DNA of 64,000 nt, from the NCBI GenBank assembly GCA_027489355.1, contig JAIXZY010000077.1, positions 40,339 to 104,338 of the forward strand. Reading direction: 5' to 3'. The notes beneath the pieces are model-generated. The model made no database searches, was not told the DNA's origin, and worked only from the letters and a program-made list of their open reading frames with translations. How positions within the stretch are numbered: the stretch's first letter is position 1; each line of letters starts with the position of its first letter. This stretch comes from Paracoccaceae bacterium (GTDB lineage: Bacteria > Pseudomonadota > Alphaproteobacteria > Rhodobacterales > Rhodobacteraceae). Below are positions 27,715 through 38,740 of the stretch, piece by piece. The position numbers and the translations under genes were made by a program.

Positions 27715-28986
27715 ATGACCGTCGAACGTTTGAACCTTGCCGAACTGAAGGCCAAAACCCCCGCCGACCTGCTGGCGATGGCCGAGGAGTGGGAGATCGA
27801 GAACGCGCCCAGCATGCGCAAGGGCGAGATGATGTTCTCGCTTCTGAAGGAGCATGCCGAGGAAGGCTGGGAGATCGGCGGCGACGGCGTGCTGGAAGTG
27901 CTGCAGGACGGGTTCGGGTTCCTGCGGTCGCCGGAAGCCAACTACCTGCCGGGTCCGGATGACATCTACGTCTCGCCCGAGATGATCCGCCAGTTCTCCT
28001 TGCGTACAGGGGACACGATCGAAGGCGTCATCAAGGCGCCGCAGGACAATGAACGCTATTTCAGCCTGACCAAGGCCACGAAGATCAACTTCGACGACCC
28101 GGAGAAGGCCAAGCACAAGGTCCACTTCGACAACCTGACGCCCCTCTACCCCGATGAGCGGCTGAAGATGGAAGTCGAGGACCCGACGATCAAGGACCGT
28201 TCGGCCCGGATCATCGACCTGGTCTCGCCCATCGGGAAGGGCCAGCGCGGGCTGATCGTGGCGCCGCCGCGGACCGGCAAGACCGTGCTCCTCCAGAACA
28301 TCGCGCATTCCATCGCGACCAACCACCCGGAATGCTATTTGATCGTCCTACTGATCGATGAACGGCCTGAGGAAGTCACCGACATGCAGCGCACGGTGAA
28401 GGGGGAGGTCGTCGCCTCGACCTTCGACGAACCGGCAACACGGCACGTGGCGGTGGCGGAAATGGTGATCGAAAAGGCCAAGCGCCTGGTTGAACACAAG
28501 CGGGACGTGGTGATCCTCTTGGACTCGATCACGCGTCTAGGTCGCGCGTTCAACACCGTGGTCCCGTCCTCGGGCAAGGTGCTGACCGGCGGTGTGGACG
28601 CGAACGCGCTGCAGCGCCCCAAACGGTTCTTCGGTGCGGCGCGGAACATCGAGGAAGGCGGGTCGCTGACCATCATCGCCACCGCGCTGATCGACACCGG
28701 CAGCCGGATGGACGAAGTGATCTTCGAGGAATTCAAGGGCACCGGTAACTCGGAAATCGTGCTCGACCGCAAGGTCGCCGACAAGCGCGTCTTCCCGGCG
28801 ATGGACATCCTGAAGTCCGGCACCCGGAAAGAGGACCTGCTGGTCGACAAGACCGACCTGCAGAAGACCTACGTGCTGCGCCGCATCCTGAACCCGATGG
28901 GCACGACGGATGCGATCGAGTTCCTGATCTCGAAGCTGAAGCAGACGAAGACGAACTCGGAATTCTTCGAGTCGATGAACACCTGA
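27715..28986 (+). CDS. rho: Transcription termination factor Rho
   Basis: [42 protein letters not shown]; upstream TTGACT at 27594. Confidence 0.98.
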   Translation: MTVERLNLAELKAKTPADLLAMAEEWEIENAPSMRKGEMMFSLLKEHAEEGWEIGGDGVLEVLQDGFGFLRSPEANYLPGPDDIYVSPEMIRQFSLRTGDTIEGVIKAPQDNERYFSLTKATKINFDDPEKAKHKVHFDNLTPLYPDERLKMEVEDPTIKDRSARIIDLVSPIGKGQRGLIVAPPRTGKTVLLQNIAHSIATNHPECYLIVLLIDERPEEVTDMQRTVKGEVVASTFDEPATRHVAVAEMVIEKAKRLVEHKRDVVILLDSITRLGRAFNTVVPSSGKVLTGGVDANALQRPKRFFGAARNIEEGGSLTIIATALIDTGSRMDEVIFEEFKGTGNSEIVLDRKVADKRVFPAMDILKSGTRKEDLLVDKTDLQKTYVLRRILNPMGTTDAIEFLISKLKQTKTNSEFFESMNT

Positions 28987-28998
28987 TAGGCGCTGGCG

Positions 28999-30282
28999 AT
29001 GGACACGATCTATGCCCTCGCCACGGCGCGGGGTCGGTCGGGCCTCGCCGTGGTACGGATCTCGGGACCGGACGCGTTTGCGGCCGGTCTTGCGCTTTGT
29101 GGGTCCTTGCCTGCGGCACGGGTGGCGGGGTTGCGGCGGCTGACCTGGGGCGGGGAGCTTCTGGACGAGGCTTTGGTGATTTCGTTCGCGGAAGGTGCGA
29201 GCTTTACCGGTGAGGCGGTCGTGGAGCTGCATTGCCACGGCGGCCCGGCGGTGGTTGGGGCTGTACTGCGGGCGCTGTCCGAGCAACCGGGCTTGCGGCT
29301 GGCCGAACCGGGGGAGTTCACCCGTCGGGCGCTGGAGAACGGCGTCCTGGACTTGGCCCAGGTCGAGGGGCTGGCGGACCTGATCGACGCGGAGACGGAG
29401 GCGCAGCGCAGGCAGGCGGTGCGGGTGCTGTCGGGGTCGGTGGGCCAGAAGGTGGAAGGCTGGCGGCGTGATCTGATCCGGGCTGGCGCGCTTCTGGAGG
29501 CCACGATTGATTTCGCCGACGAGGACGTGCCGGTGGACGTCTCGCCCGAAGTGCTGGCGCTGATCGACGGGCTGATGGCCGACCTCGGGCGTGAGGCGGC
29601 GGGGGTGACGGCGGCAGAGCGCATTCGGGACGGGTTCGAGGTGGCGATCGTCGGCGCGCCGAATGCGGGGAAGTCGACGCTGCTCAATCAGCTCGCGGGG
29701 CGCGAGGCGGCGATTACCTCCGAGATCGCAGGGACGACGCGCGATGTGATCGAGGTGCGTATGGAGATCGCCGGGCTGCCGGTGACATTCCTGGACACGG
29801 CGGGCCTGCGCGACACCGAAGATCGGCTGGAACGCGCCGGGATCCAGCGCGCCTTGGCTAGGGCCGACGCCGCCGATCTGCGGCTTTTCCTGACGGATGG
29901 ATCGCCGCTGCCGCTAGAGCCGGTGGGCGATGATCTGGTGGTTCTGGGCAAGGCGGATACCAAATCTGGGTGGCTTGGGCTGGCCGTGTCTGGAAAAACC
30001 GGCCAAGGCGTGCCGGAACTGATGGCGCGGATCGGGGAAATCCTGAGCGAACGGGTCGGGTCGGCGGGTGCTTTGGTGCGGGAACGCCATCGCGTGGCTG
30101 TTACAACGGCGATTGCCGCTCTGGCCGAGTCACGGGCGGAAGTGGTAAGACCTGACTCGCGCGTCGAGTTGGCGGCGGAGCATCTGCGGCAGGCGGTCCG
30201 GGCGTTGGACGCGCTGGTCGGCCGGGTGGATGTCGACGACCTTCTGGGCGAAATCTTCGCCAGCTTCTGCATCGGCAAGTAA
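28999..30282 (+). CDS. mnmE: tRNA modification GTPase MnmE
   Basis: [43 protein letters not shown]-terminus. Confidence 0.97.
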   Translation: MDTIYALATARGRSGLAVVRISGPDAFAAGLALCGSLPAARVAGLRRLTWGGELLDEALVISFAEGASFTGEAVVELHCHGGPAVVGAVLRALSEQPGLRLAEPGEFTRRALENGVLDLAQVEGLADLIDAETEAQRRQAVRVLSGSVGQKVEGWRRDLIRAGALLEATIDFADEDVPVDVSPEVLALIDGLMADLGREAAGVTAAERIRDGFEVAIVGAPNAGKSTLLNQLAGREAAITSEIAGTTRDVIEVRMEIAGLPVTFLDTAGLRDTEDRLERAGIQRALARADAADLRLFLTDGSPLPLEPVGDDLVVLGKADTKSGWLGLAVSGKTGQGVPELMARIGEILSERVGSAGALVRERHRVAVTTAIAALAESRAEVVRPDSRVELAAEHLRQAVRALDALVGRVDVDDLLGEIFASFCIGK

Positions 30283-30285
30283 GGA

Positions 30286-32160
30286 GTGTTCCACGTGAAA
30301 CACTACGACGTCATCGTGATCGGCGGCGGCCATGCGGGGGCCGAAGCGGCTGCTGTTGCGGCACGGATGGGTGTGCGGACCGCGCTAGTGACGCTGCGGG
30401 TGGAGACGCTGGGCGCGATGTCCTGCAACCCGGCGATTGGCGGGCTGGGGAAGGGCCACCTTGTCCGCGAGATCGACGCGCTGGATGGGGTGATGGGCCG
30501 GATGGCGGACCGGGCGGGGATCCAGTTCCGCCTGCTGAACCGCCGGAAGGGGCCTGCCGTGCAGGGCCCGCGCGCGCAGATCGACCGGCGACTCTACCGC
30601 GAGGCGATGCGGGCGGAGCTGCTGGCGACGCCTGGGCTGGAGGTGATCGAAGGAGAAGTGGCCGGGCTGAAGCTGCGAAGCGGGGCAGTGGCCGGCGTCG
30701 TGCTGGCCTCGGGCGCCGAGCTTTCCTCGAACCGGGTCGTGCTGACAGCGGGAACCTTCCTGAACGGGGTGATCCACATCGGCGACCGTCGGATGTCGGG
30801 TGGCCGGATGGGGGATTCGCCGTCGAAGCTTCTGGCGGCTCAGCTTGGGGAGCTTGCGCTTCCCGTGGGGCGGCTCAAGACGGGTACTCCACCGCGGCTG
30901 GATGGCCGGACGATCGACTGGGCCCGGCTGGAGAGCCAGCCTGGGGACGACCGGCCGGCGATGTTCTCTTTCCTGAACCGGACTCCGGAAGCGCGACAAA
31001 TCTCTTGCGGGATCACGCATACCTCGGAGGCGACACACCAGATCGTGCGGGATAACCTGGCACGATCCGCTATGTATGGTGGACATATCGAGGGCGTCGG
31101 CCCCCGCTACTGTCCGTCGATCGAGGACAAGGTGGTGCGCTTCGCGGACAAGACCTCCCATCAGGTCTTCCTGGAGCCGGAAGGGCTGGACGACCACACC
31201 GTCTATCCGAACGGCCTGAGCACCTCGCTGCCCGAAGAGGTTCAGCACGCCTACATCCATACGATCCCGGGACTGGAGCAGACAGTGATCCTGCAACCCG
31301 GCTATGCGATCGAATACGATTACTACGACCCGCGCGGTCTGCATCGGACGCTGGAAACCAAGGCGGTGGCCGGACTTTACTTCGCCGGCCAGATCAACGG
31401 GACCACTGGATATGAGGAAGCGGCGGCACAAGGTCTTGTAGCAGGGCTAAATGCCGCCGCATCAGCTTGCGGGCGGGAGAAGGTCGAGTGCAGTCGCGCA
31501 GACAGCTACATCGGCGTGATGATTGATGACCTTACGTCCCGTGGCGTGACCGAGCCCTACCGGATGTTTACCTCGCGCGCGGAGTTCAGGCTTACAGTGC
31601 GCGCGGATAATGCCGACCGCCGACTCACTCCGCTCGGGCTGGAAGCTGGATGTGTTGGGGCCGCGCGTCAGATCGCTTTTGAGGCAAAGCTCGCCTCGCT
31701 GGAAGCGGGCCGGGCTGCACTGACCGAAGTGATGATCGGCCCAAAGGCGTTGAACGAAGCGGGGATCATGGTCAGCCGAGACGGCGGCAAGCGGTCCGCG
31801 TACGATGTGCTGTCGCTCCCCGGGGTCGACCTGGATGTCGTTGTCGACGCACTACCCGCCTACCAGATCTTGAATCGCGACGTGCTTGAGCAGTTGCAGA
31901 TCGATTCGACCTATGACAGGTATTCAGACCGTCAGGCGAAGGAAGTTGCGGACCTTCGCCGTCAGGAAACCCAGCGCATACCAGAGGATTTCGACTACTC
32001 GGCTCTCTCCGGTCTCTCGAATGAGTTGAAGCAGAAACTCCTGAGCGCTAAGCCTGATTCCATTCTGCAGGCATCGCGGATCGAGGGCGTCACTCCTGCC
32101 GCGCTGCTTCTCATCCTTGCGCATTTGCGGAAGCCTGCGGCAGAGCGGTTGGTTGGATGA
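30286..32160 (+). CDS. mnmG: tRNA uridine 5-carboxymethylaminomethyl modification enzyme MnmG (GidA)
   Basis: [59 protein letters not shown]. Confidence 0.98.
   Translation: MFHVKHYDVIVIGGGHAGAEAAAVAARMGVRTALVTLRVETLGAMSCNPAIGGLGKGHLVREIDALDGVMGRMADRAGIQFRLLNRRKGPAVQGPRAQIDRRLYREAMRAELLATPGLEVIEGEVAGLKLRSGAVAGVVLASGAELSSNRVVLTAGTFLNGVIHIGDRRMSGGRMGDSPSKLLAAQLGELALPVGRLKTGTPPRLDGRTIDWARLESQPGDDRPAMFSFLNRTPEARQISCGITHTSEATHQIVRDNLARSAMYGGHIEGVGPRYCPSIEDKVVRFADKTSHQVFLEPEGLDDHTVYPNGLSTSLPEEVQHAYIHTIPGLEQTVILQPGYAIEYDYYDPRGLHRTLETKAVAGLYFAGQINGTTGYEEAAAQGLVAGLNAAASACGREKVECSRADSYIGVMIDDLTSRGVTEPYRMFTSRAEFRLTVRADNADRRLTPLGLEAGCVGAARQIAFEAKLASLEAGRAALTEVMIGPKALNEAGIMVSRDGGKRSAYDVLSLPGVDLDVVVDALPAYQILNRDVLEQLQIDSTYDRYSDRQAKEVADLRRQETQRIPEDFDYSALSGLSNELKQKLLSAKPDSILQASRIEGVTPAALLLILAHLRKPAAERLVG
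30287..30302. promoter_or_regulatory. parS site overlapping the mnmG start
   Basis: TGTTCCACGTGAAACA, one mismatch from the perfect parS palindrome. Confidence 0.88.
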
Positions 32161-32789
32161 CAAGCACTGTCGAACCGACGATTCCCGGTCTTGATGTTTC
32201 ACGTGAAACAATCCAGGCTTTGGAACGCTATGAAGCGCTTGTCCGGCGCTGGACTCCGGCAATCAATCTCGTCGCCAAGAGCACAGTTCCTGCAATCTGG
32301 CCACGTCACATCCTAGATTCCGCCCAGCTGTTCGCACTTGCTCCTGCGACTTGCCTCAGGTGGGCCGACTTGGGCTCAGGCGGGGGCTTTCCGGGCGTTG
32401 TCGTTGCTGTGTTGGCGAAGGAACTTCGACCCGCGATGCATGTAACACTTGTGGAATCGGATCTGCGCAAAGCAACTTTCCTGCGCGAAGCTGTCCGGGA
32501 GCTTGAGTTGCCCGCTTCGGTAATCAGCGAGCGGATCGAATCGCTAACACCGCTTCATGCGGACGTGCTTTCTGCGCGCGCTTTGGCATCCCTGTCGGAT
32601 CTTCTGGGTTTTGCCGAACGGCACCTCACACAAGACGGAGTGTGCCTGTTTCCGAAGGGCGAACGGTTCGCCGACGAAATTAACGATGCACGGATTGCCT
32701 GGGATTTCGACATTGACGTGCAGCCAAGTCTGTCGGATGGCAAAGCCGCAATACTTGTGATCAGGAACATTCATCGTGTCCAGAACTGA
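32157..32789 (+). CDS. rsmG: 16S rRNA m7G527 methyltransferase RsmG (GidB)
   Basis: [36 protein letters not shown]. Confidence 0.95.
   Translation: MTSTVEPTIPGLDVSRETIQALERYEALVRRWTPAINLVAKSTVPAIWPRHILDSAQLFALAPATCLRWADLGSGGGFPGVVVAVLAKELRPAMHVTLVESDLRKATFLREAVRELELPASVISERIESLTPLHADVLSARALASLSDLLGFAERHLTQDGVCLFPKGERFADEINDARIAWDFDIDVQPSLSDGKAAILVIRNIHRVQN
32195..32210. promoter_or_regulatory. Perfect parS site inside rsmG
   Basis: TGTTTCACGTGAAACA, read as DVSRET in the protein. Confidence 0.92.
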
Positions 32790-33585
32790 CCGTCCCCATA
32801 TCCTTGCACTCGCAAACCAGAAGGGCGGGGTTGGAAAGACGACCACGGCGATTAACCTTGCTGCGGGGCTGGCGGAACTTGGCAACAAAGTGCTGCTCGT
32901 CGACATCGATCCGCAAGGAAACTCGTCCACCGGGCTGGGGGTGCGGCCGGACGCGCGGAAGAAGACCAGCTATGACTTGATTGTAGATGGCGCGGCCCTA
33001 CAGGATGTTGTGATGGAGACGGGCATTCCGGACATCATGATCATTCCGGCAAATGCGGATCTTTCCTCGGCGGACTTGGACATCGTGTCAAACGAAAAGC
33101 GCAGCTATCTGCTGCACGACGCTTTGCGGCGGCCCGAGATCGATCCCTATGACTTCGATTATGTGCTGATCGACTGCCCACCTGCGCTAAGCCTGCTGAC
33201 TGTGAATGCGCTGGTAGCCGCACATTCTGTCCTTGTTCCGTTGCAGTGCGAGTTCTTCGCGCTGGAGGGCCTTTCGCAGCTGATGCTGACGATTCGCGAC
33301 GTGCGTCGGTCTGCAAATCCCGATCTGCGGATCGAAGGTGTTGTGTTGACCATGCATGACCGCCGCAACAGGTTGACGGCACAGGTCGAGGCGGATGCGC
33401 GGGCAAACATGGGCGATCTGGTGATGAAGACGACGATTCCCCGTAACGTGCGGATAAGTGAAGCGCCGTCCTATGCCCTGCCGGTGCTGACCTACGATCC
33501 AGCATCCAAGGGCGCAGAGGCTTACCGCGCGCTGGCCAGGGAAATCGCCGACCGCCATAAAACACCGGAAATGTCAGAGGCTTGA
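32776..33585 (+). CDS. parA: Chromosome partitioning ATPase ParA
   Basis: NQKGGVGKTTT, DIDPQGN, DCPP, PLQCEFFALEGLSQL, IPRNVRISEAPS. Confidence 0.97.
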   Translation: MSRTDRPHILALANQKGGVGKTTTAINLAAGLAELGNKVLLVDIDPQGNSSTGLGVRPDARKKTSYDLIVDGAALQDVVMETGIPDIMIIPANADLSSADLDIVSNEKRSYLLHDALRRPEIDPYDFDYVLIDCPPALSLLTVNALVAAHSVLVPLQCEFFALEGLSQLMLTIRDVRRSANPDLRIEGVVLTMHDRRNRLTAQVEADARANMGDLVMKTTIPRNVRISEAPSYALPVLTYDPASKGAEAYRALAREIADRHKTPEMSEA

Positions 33586-33587
33586 GC

Positions 33588-34484
33588 ATGTCAAAGAACG
33601 AAAGACGGGGCCTGGGCCGCGGGTTGTCCGCCCTGATGGCGGATGTGCATCTGGCAGGGCCGGAGCAGATGGCCGCGCCGCGCAAGGCGGAATTGCATGT
33701 TCCGGTCGAGAAGCTGGAACCCAACCCGCAGCAGCCGCGGCTGGATTTCAAGCAGGATGAGCTTGAGTCGCTGGCTGATTCGATTCGCCAGAAGGGGGTC
33801 ATCCAGCCGCTGATCGTGCGGCGGAAATCCGGGCGCGACGCTTATGAGATCGTGGCGGGCGAGCGTCGCTGGCGCGCGGCGCAGCTTGCGCAGCTGCACG
33901 AAGTTCCCGTTGTTGTACGGGAGCTTAGCGACACCGAAGTTCTTGAAGTCGCGATCATCGAGAACATCCAGCGGGCCGATCTGAACGCCATCGAAGAGGC
34001 CTTGGGCTTCCGGCAGTTGATGACCCGATTCGGCCATACGCAGGAGAAACTGGCCGAGGCGCTTTCGAAGAGCCGCAGCCACGTCGCGAATCTGTTGCGG
34101 CTGTTGACGCTGCCCGATGACGTGCAGGAACTGGTGCGGGGCGGCAAGCTTTCGGCGGGCCATGCGCGCGCGCTGATCGGCAGCCCGAAGGCCAGCGAAC
34201 TGGCCGCGCAGATCGTGGCCAAGGGGCTTTCCGTGCGCGAAGTCGAGCGGCTAATGAAGGCGCAGGACTCTGCCAAACCGGCGGCGAAGCGCCAAGGCAG
34301 GTCGGCAGAGAAGGATGCCGATACGCGGGCGCTGGAGGGCGATCTCTCGGCCAACCTGAAGATGCCGGTTCGCATCGAACATTCCTCGGGCGGGGAGAGC
34401 GGCGAACTGGTGATCCGCTATGGATCCCTCGACGACCTCGACAGGTTGTGCCGAATTCTGTCGCAACTACCAGATGAAGATTGA
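33588..34484 (+). CDS. parB: Chromosome partitioning protein ParB
   Basis: GLGRGLSAL, QPR, GVIQP, IVAGERRWRAA, IIENIQRADLNAIEEA, KSRSHVANLLRLL. Confidence 0.97.
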   Translation: MSKNERRGLGRGLSALMADVHLAGPEQMAAPRKAELHVPVEKLEPNPQQPRLDFKQDELESLADSIRQKGVIQPLIVRRKSGRDAYEIVAGERRWRAAQLAQLHEVPVVVRELSDTEVLEVAIIENIQRADLNAIEEALGFRQLMTRFGHTQEKLAEALSKSRSHVANLLRLLTLPDDVQELVRGGKLSAGHARALIGSPKASELAAQIVAKGLSVREVERLMKAQDSAKPAAKRQGRSAEKDADTRALEGDLSANLKMPVRIEHSSGGESGELVIRYGSLDDLDRLCRILSQLPDED

Positions 34485-35657
34485 TCAGCCCGCGCTTTGC
34501 CGGTCAGCCAGTAAGGCGCGGAGGATGCCGTTCAGCATCATGACGCCCTGATCCGTCGTGCGGATCTGGTCGCCGTCGCGGGACAAGAGGCCAAGTTCCT
34601 GGACTTCGGCGATCGCTTGTTCGGACAAGCGTTGCCCGGCGAGGCTTGCGAAACGTTCCAGGGACGCGCCCTCGCGCAGGCGGAGGGCGAACATCAGATA
34701 TTCGCTGGCGCGATCTTCGGGGGAGAGGCGCTCGGTGGTTTCGGCGGCGCCGGGATTGGCCAGGGTTCGCGTCAGCCAGGGAATGGGTTGGCGTTCGGCT
34801 TCGGTGGCGAATCGGGCTGATTCGAGAGTGAGTCGGCCGTGGGCGCCGGGGCCGATGCCGGCGTAGTCCCCCATCCGCCAGTAGATCAGGTTGTGCCGTG
34901 ATTCGTCTCCGGGGCGGGCATGATTCGAGACTTCGTAGGCGGGGAGGCCGGCGGAACGCGTGATTTCCTGCGTCAGTTCGAACATGTCGGCGGAGAGGTC
35001 CTCCTCGAGCAGGCCCTTGAGGAGGTTCTTGGCGTGCATCTGGCCGAAGACGGTGCCGTCCTCGATGGTCAGTTGGTAGAGCGAGAGGTGGCTGGTGCCG
35101 AAGTCGAGTGCGCGGTGGAGTTCGTCGCGCCAGGCGGGCAGAGTCTGGTTCTGGCGGGCGTAGATCAGGTCGATGGAGACGCGGTCGAAGGTGTTTTGCG
35201 CGATGGCGATGGCCTTTGCGGCCTCATCCACCGTGTGCATGCGGCCGAGGCGGCGGAGGTCTTCCGGATCAAGCGATTGGATTCCAAGGGAAACGCGGTC
35301 GACGCCAGCCTTGGCGTAGCCGTCGAAGCGGGCGGCCTCGACGGAGCCGGGGTTGGCTTCGAGGGTGATTTCGACGTCGTTCGCAAGGGTCCAGGTGGCG
35401 CGGATGCGGTCGAGGATGCCTTGGACGGTTGACGCCTCCATGAGGGAGGGCGTGCCGCCGCCGAAGAAGACGGTGTTGAGGATGCGGCCCTGGGTCAGGG
35501 CGCCGATGCGGTCAATTTCGAGTTCAAACGCGCGGAGCCATTGGGTCTGGTCGATGCGGGCGGAGACGTGGCTGTTGAAGTCGCAGTAGGGGCATTTCGA
35601 CTGGCAGAAGGGCCAGTGGAGGTAGAGGCCGAAGCCGGCGTGGCGCCAGTCTTCCAT
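34485..35657 (-). CDS. hemW: Radical SAM heme chaperone HemW
   Basis: LYLHWPFCQSKCPYCDFNSH, FGGGTPS, LEANP, YEVSNHA, HNLIYW, GIGPGAHGR. Confidence 0.93.
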   Translation of the reverse strand: MEDWRHAGFGLYLHWPFCQSKCPYCDFNSHVSARIDQTQWLRAFELEIDRIGALTQGRILNTVFFGGGTPSLMEASTVQGILDRIRATWTLANDVEITLEANPGSVEAARFDGYAKAGVDRVSLGIQSLDPEDLRRLGRMHTVDEAAKAIAIAQNTFDRVSIDLIYARQNQTLPAWRDELHRALDFGTSHLSLYQLTIEDGTVFGQMHAKNLLKGLLEEDLSADMFELTQEITRSAGLPAYEVSNHARPGDESRHNLIYWRMGDYAGIGPGAHGRLTLESARFATEAERQPIPWLTRTLANPGAAETTERLSPEDRASEYLMFALRLREGASLERFASLAGQRLSEQAIAEVQELGLLSRDGDQIRTTDQGVMMLNGILRALLADRQSAG

Positions 35658-36262
35658 CAGGGAAACAGCGCGGCGACGAGTTTCTGGAAGGCGTCGGCGC
35701 GGTGGGAGAGGCGGTTCTTTTCCCAGCGGTCCATCTCGCCGAAGGTCTGGGCGTAGCCGTCGGGCATGAAGATGGGGTCGAAGCCGTGGCCCTGTTCGCC
35801 GCGGCCGGGCCACACCAGGCGGCCGGGGGATTTGCCTTCAAAGACAAGGTCTTGGCCGTTGGGGTGGGCGAGGACGAGGGTGCAGCAGAACTGGGCGGTG
35901 CGGGGTTCGGGGGCTTTGATGGCCTCCAGCTCGCACCAGACACGCTCCATGCCCACGGTGAAGTCGCGGCCTTTGGCGGTGGTGGCCCAGTCCGCTGTGA
36001 AGACGCCGGGGGCTCCGCCAAGGGCGTCGACGGCGAGACCGGAGTCGTCGGCCAGGGCGACGAGGCCCGAGGCCTTGGCGGCGGCGTGGGCCTTGAGGCG
36101 GGCGTTGCCGACGAAGGTGGTCTCGGTCTCTTCAGGTTCGGGCAGGCCAAGGTCGCCGGCGCCCACGACGGTCACGTCGAAGGGCGCGAGGAGATCGGCG
36201 ATCTCTTCCAGCTTGCCACGGTTGTGCGTGGCGACCAGCAGGCGATCCCCGCGCTTCAGCAT
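35657..36262 (-). CDS. rdgB: Non-canonical purine NTP pyrophosphatase
   Basis: ATHNRGKLEE, ADDSGL, GAPGV, GHGFDPIF, KNRLSHR. Confidence 0.95.
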   Translation of the reverse strand: MLKRGDRLLVATHNRGKLEEIADLLAPFDVTVVGAGDLGLPEPEETETTFVGNARLKAHAAAKASGLVALADDSGLAVDALGGAPGVFTADWATTAKGRDFTVGMERVWCELEAIKAPEPRTAQFCCTLVLAHPNGQDLVFEGKSPGRLVWPGRGEQGHGFDPIFMPDGYAQTFGEMDRWEKNRLSHRADAFQKLVAALFP

Positions 36263-36979
36263 CTACAGCCCCAAAGCCGCGCGTTGGGCGGCGACGAGTG
36301 CGGCGTTGCCCTGGCGCGCGAGGTCCAACAGATGCAGAAGTTCGTCCTGGCTGAAAGCAGAGCCCTCGGCGGACATCTGGACCTCGATGAGCTTGCCGGC
36401 CCCGGTCATCACGAAGTTGCCGTCGGTCCCGGCGGCCGAATCCTCGGGGTAGTCGAGGTCAAGGACCGGTTGGCCAGCGTAGATCCCGCAGGAGACCGCG
36501 GAAACGTGATCGACAATCGGGTCGGAGGTGATGACGCCGGAGGTCAGAAGCTTGTTCACCGCAAGGCGTAGCGCGACCCAGCCGCCGGTGATCGAGGCGC
36601 AGCGGGTGCCGCCGTCGGCCTGGATCACGTCGCAGTCGACGACGATCTGGCGCTCGCCCAGGGCCTGCCGATCAACGCCCGCGCGGAGGGACCGACCGAT
36701 AAGCCGTTGAATTTCCTGAGTGCGGCCGGACTGCTTGCCCGCCGCGGCCTCACGTCGGGTGCGCGAGTTCGTGGCGCGGGGAAGCATCCCGTATTCCGCC
36801 GTCACCCAGCCTTGCCCGGTGTTCTTCAGGAAGGGGGGTGCCTTGTCCTCGATCGTGGCCGAACACAGCACATGGGTTTCGCCCATCTTGATCAGGCAAG
36901 AGCCTTCGGCGTGCCGCATCACGTTGGTTTCGATTGAAACCGCCCGAAGATCGCTTAATTTTCTGCCTGACGGACGCAT
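36263..36979 (-). CDS. rph: Ribonuclease PH
   Basis: [48 protein letters not shown]. Confidence 0.97.
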   Translation of the reverse strand: MRPSGRKLSDLRAVSIETNVMRHAEGSCLIKMGETHVLCSATIEDKAPPFLKNTGQGWVTAEYGMLPRATNSRTRREAAAGKQSGRTQEIQRLIGRSLRAGVDRQALGERQIVVDCDVIQADGGTRCASITGGWVALRLAVNKLLTSGVITSDPIVDHVSAVSCGIYAGQPVLDLDYPEDSAAGTDGNFVMTGAGKLIEVQMSAEGSAFSQDELLHLLDLARQGNAALVAAQRAALGL

Positions 36980-37046
36980 CGCCGAACCTTTCCTAGGGAT
37001 GCGGCCACATATGCAACCAGACCCCAAGGATGCAACCCCGATTACC

Positions 37047-38114
37047 ATGACCAGCCAGCCGATCCTGTCCGACATGAACGACCGCACGCGCGAGGTCTTC
37101 CGGCGCGTCGTGGAAGGCTACCTGTCGTCCGGAGAACCTGTGGGATCGCGCACCCTGACGCGCACGATGTCCGAGAAGGTCTCGGCCGCGACAGTGCGGA
37201 ATGTCATGCAGGATCTGGAATATCTGGGGCTTCTGGACAGCCCGCATGTCTCGGCAGGGCGGGTGCCGACCCAGATGGGGCTGCGGATGTTCGTCGACAG
37301 CCTGCTGGAGGTCGGCCAGGTCGCGCCGGAGGACCAGGAGAAGATCGACGCCACCCTGGGGGTGAACGACCACGACGTGACGACCCTGCTGGATGAAGTC
37401 GGGGCGGCCCTGTCGGTCATTACGCGCGGCGCGAGCGTGGTGCTGGCACCGAAGCGCGAGGCGGCGATCCGACATATCGAGTTCGTCAGTCTGGGGCCGG
37501 ACCGGGCGCTGGTGGTGCTGGTCTTCGCGGACGGGCAGGTGGAAAACCGCGTTTTCGTGCCACCGCCGGGGCAGACGCCGTCATCGATGCGGGAGGCTGC
37601 CAATTTCCTGAACGCACTGGCCGAAGGGCGGACGCTGTCGGAACTGCGGGCCAACATGGTCAAGGAGATCGCCAAGCGGCGGCAAGAGATCGATTCGCTG
37701 GCGCGTCAGCTGGTGGAAAGCGGCCTTGCGCTGTGGGAAAACGCCGGGGAGCCTTCGGAGCGGCTGATCGTGCGCGGAAGGTCGAACCTGATCGACACCG
37801 TGGCCGATCAGGCCGAGATCGACCGCATCCGGGTGCTGTTCGACGACCTGGAGCGCAAGCGGGATATTGCCGAATTCCTGAACCTGACCGAGGCGGGCGA
37901 GGGTGTGCGCATTTTTATCGGTTCAGAGAACAAGCTTTTCTCACTTTCCGGTTCAAGTCTGGTGGTTTCTCCCTATATGAACGCTGATCGGAAGATCATC
38001 GGCGCGGTGGGCGTCATCGGTCCGACTCGGCTGAACTATGGCCGTATCGTCCCGATCGTCGATTACACCGCCCAGCTGGTGGGCCGCCTGGTCAGTGACC
38101 GCGGCAAGGGCTGA
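37047..38114 (+). CDS. hrcA: Heat-inducible transcription repressor HrcA
   Basis: [47 protein letters not shown]. Confidence 0.96.
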   Translation: MTSQPILSDMNDRTREVFRRVVEGYLSSGEPVGSRTLTRTMSEKVSAATVRNVMQDLEYLGLLDSPHVSAGRVPTQMGLRMFVDSLLEVGQVAPEDQEKIDATLGVNDHDVTTLLDEVGAALSVITRGASVVLAPKREAAIRHIEFVSLGPDRALVVLVFADGQVENRVFVPPPGQTPSSMREAANFLNALAEGRTLSELRANMVKEIAKRRQEIDSLARQLVESGLALWENAGEPSERLIVRGRSNLIDTVADQAEIDRIRVLFDDLERKRDIAEFLNLTEAGEGVRIFIGSENKLFSLSGSSLVVSPYMNADRKIIGAVGVIGPTRLNYGRIVPIVDYTAQLVGRLVSDRGKG

Positions 38115-38128
38115 AAAGGACGTTGCGA

Positions 38129-38656
38129 ATGTCGCAGGAAGAAACCACCTCGCCGCAGGTGGACGTGGAAGAGTTTGAAACCGCGCAAGTCGATGAGCTG
38201 GAGGCCCTCCGGGCCGAGCGCGACGAGCTGCGCGACAAGTTCATGCGGGTGCTGGCCGACGCCGAGAACAGCCGCAAGCGGGCCGAACGCGACCGGAAAG
38301 AGGCCGAAATGTACGGCGGCACGCGGCTTGCGCGCGATCTGTTGCCGGTTTTCGACAACCTGAACCGGGCGATCCAGGCGATCCCCGAGGAAAGCCGCAC
38401 CGCCTCGGCCGCGCTGATCGAGGGGGTCGAGCTGACCCTGCGCGAGCTGACGAACGTGATGACCAAGCATGGCGTCACGCCGATTTCGCCCGCGGTCGGC
38501 GAGCAGTTCGACCCGCAGCTGCACGAGGCGATGTTCGAGGCCCCCCTGCCGGGAACCAAGGCCGGGCAGATCATCCAGGTGATGACTCAGGGCTTTCTGC
38601 TCCACGACCGCCTGCTGCGCCCGGCGCAGGTGGGCGTCTCGTCCAACCCGGGCTGA
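38129..38656 (+). CDS. grpE: Nucleotide exchange factor GrpE
   Basis: ADAENSRKR, DLLPVFDNL, FDPQLHEAM, GFLLHDRLLRPAQV. Confidence 0.96.
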   Translation: MSQEETTSPQVDVEEFETAQVDELEALRAERDELRDKFMRVLADAENSRKRAERDRKEAEMYGGTRLARDLLPVFDNLNRAIQAIPEESRTASAALIEGVELTLRELTNVMTKHGVTPISPAVGEQFDPQLHEAMFEAPLPGTKAGQIIQVMTQGFLLHDRLLRPAQVGVSSNPG

Positions 38657-38667
38657 TCCCGGACGCA

Positions 38668-38729
38668 CCCCCGGAGAGGGCTGTCTGCCCTCCCCGGACC
38701 CCTCCCGAGGATATTTCGGGAAGAGAAAG
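38668..38729 (+). repeat. REP-like family B, copy 1
   Basis: Hairpin GAGGGC-TGTCT-GCCCTC, then CCGGACCCC and tail GGATATTTCGGGAAGAGAAAG. Confidence 0.7.
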
Positions 38730-38740
38730 CCAAATTTTAG

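Noticed and set aside
36980-37046. CIRCE element near hrcA/grpE
   Set aside because: No TTAGCACTC-N9-GAGTGCTAA or close variant was seen
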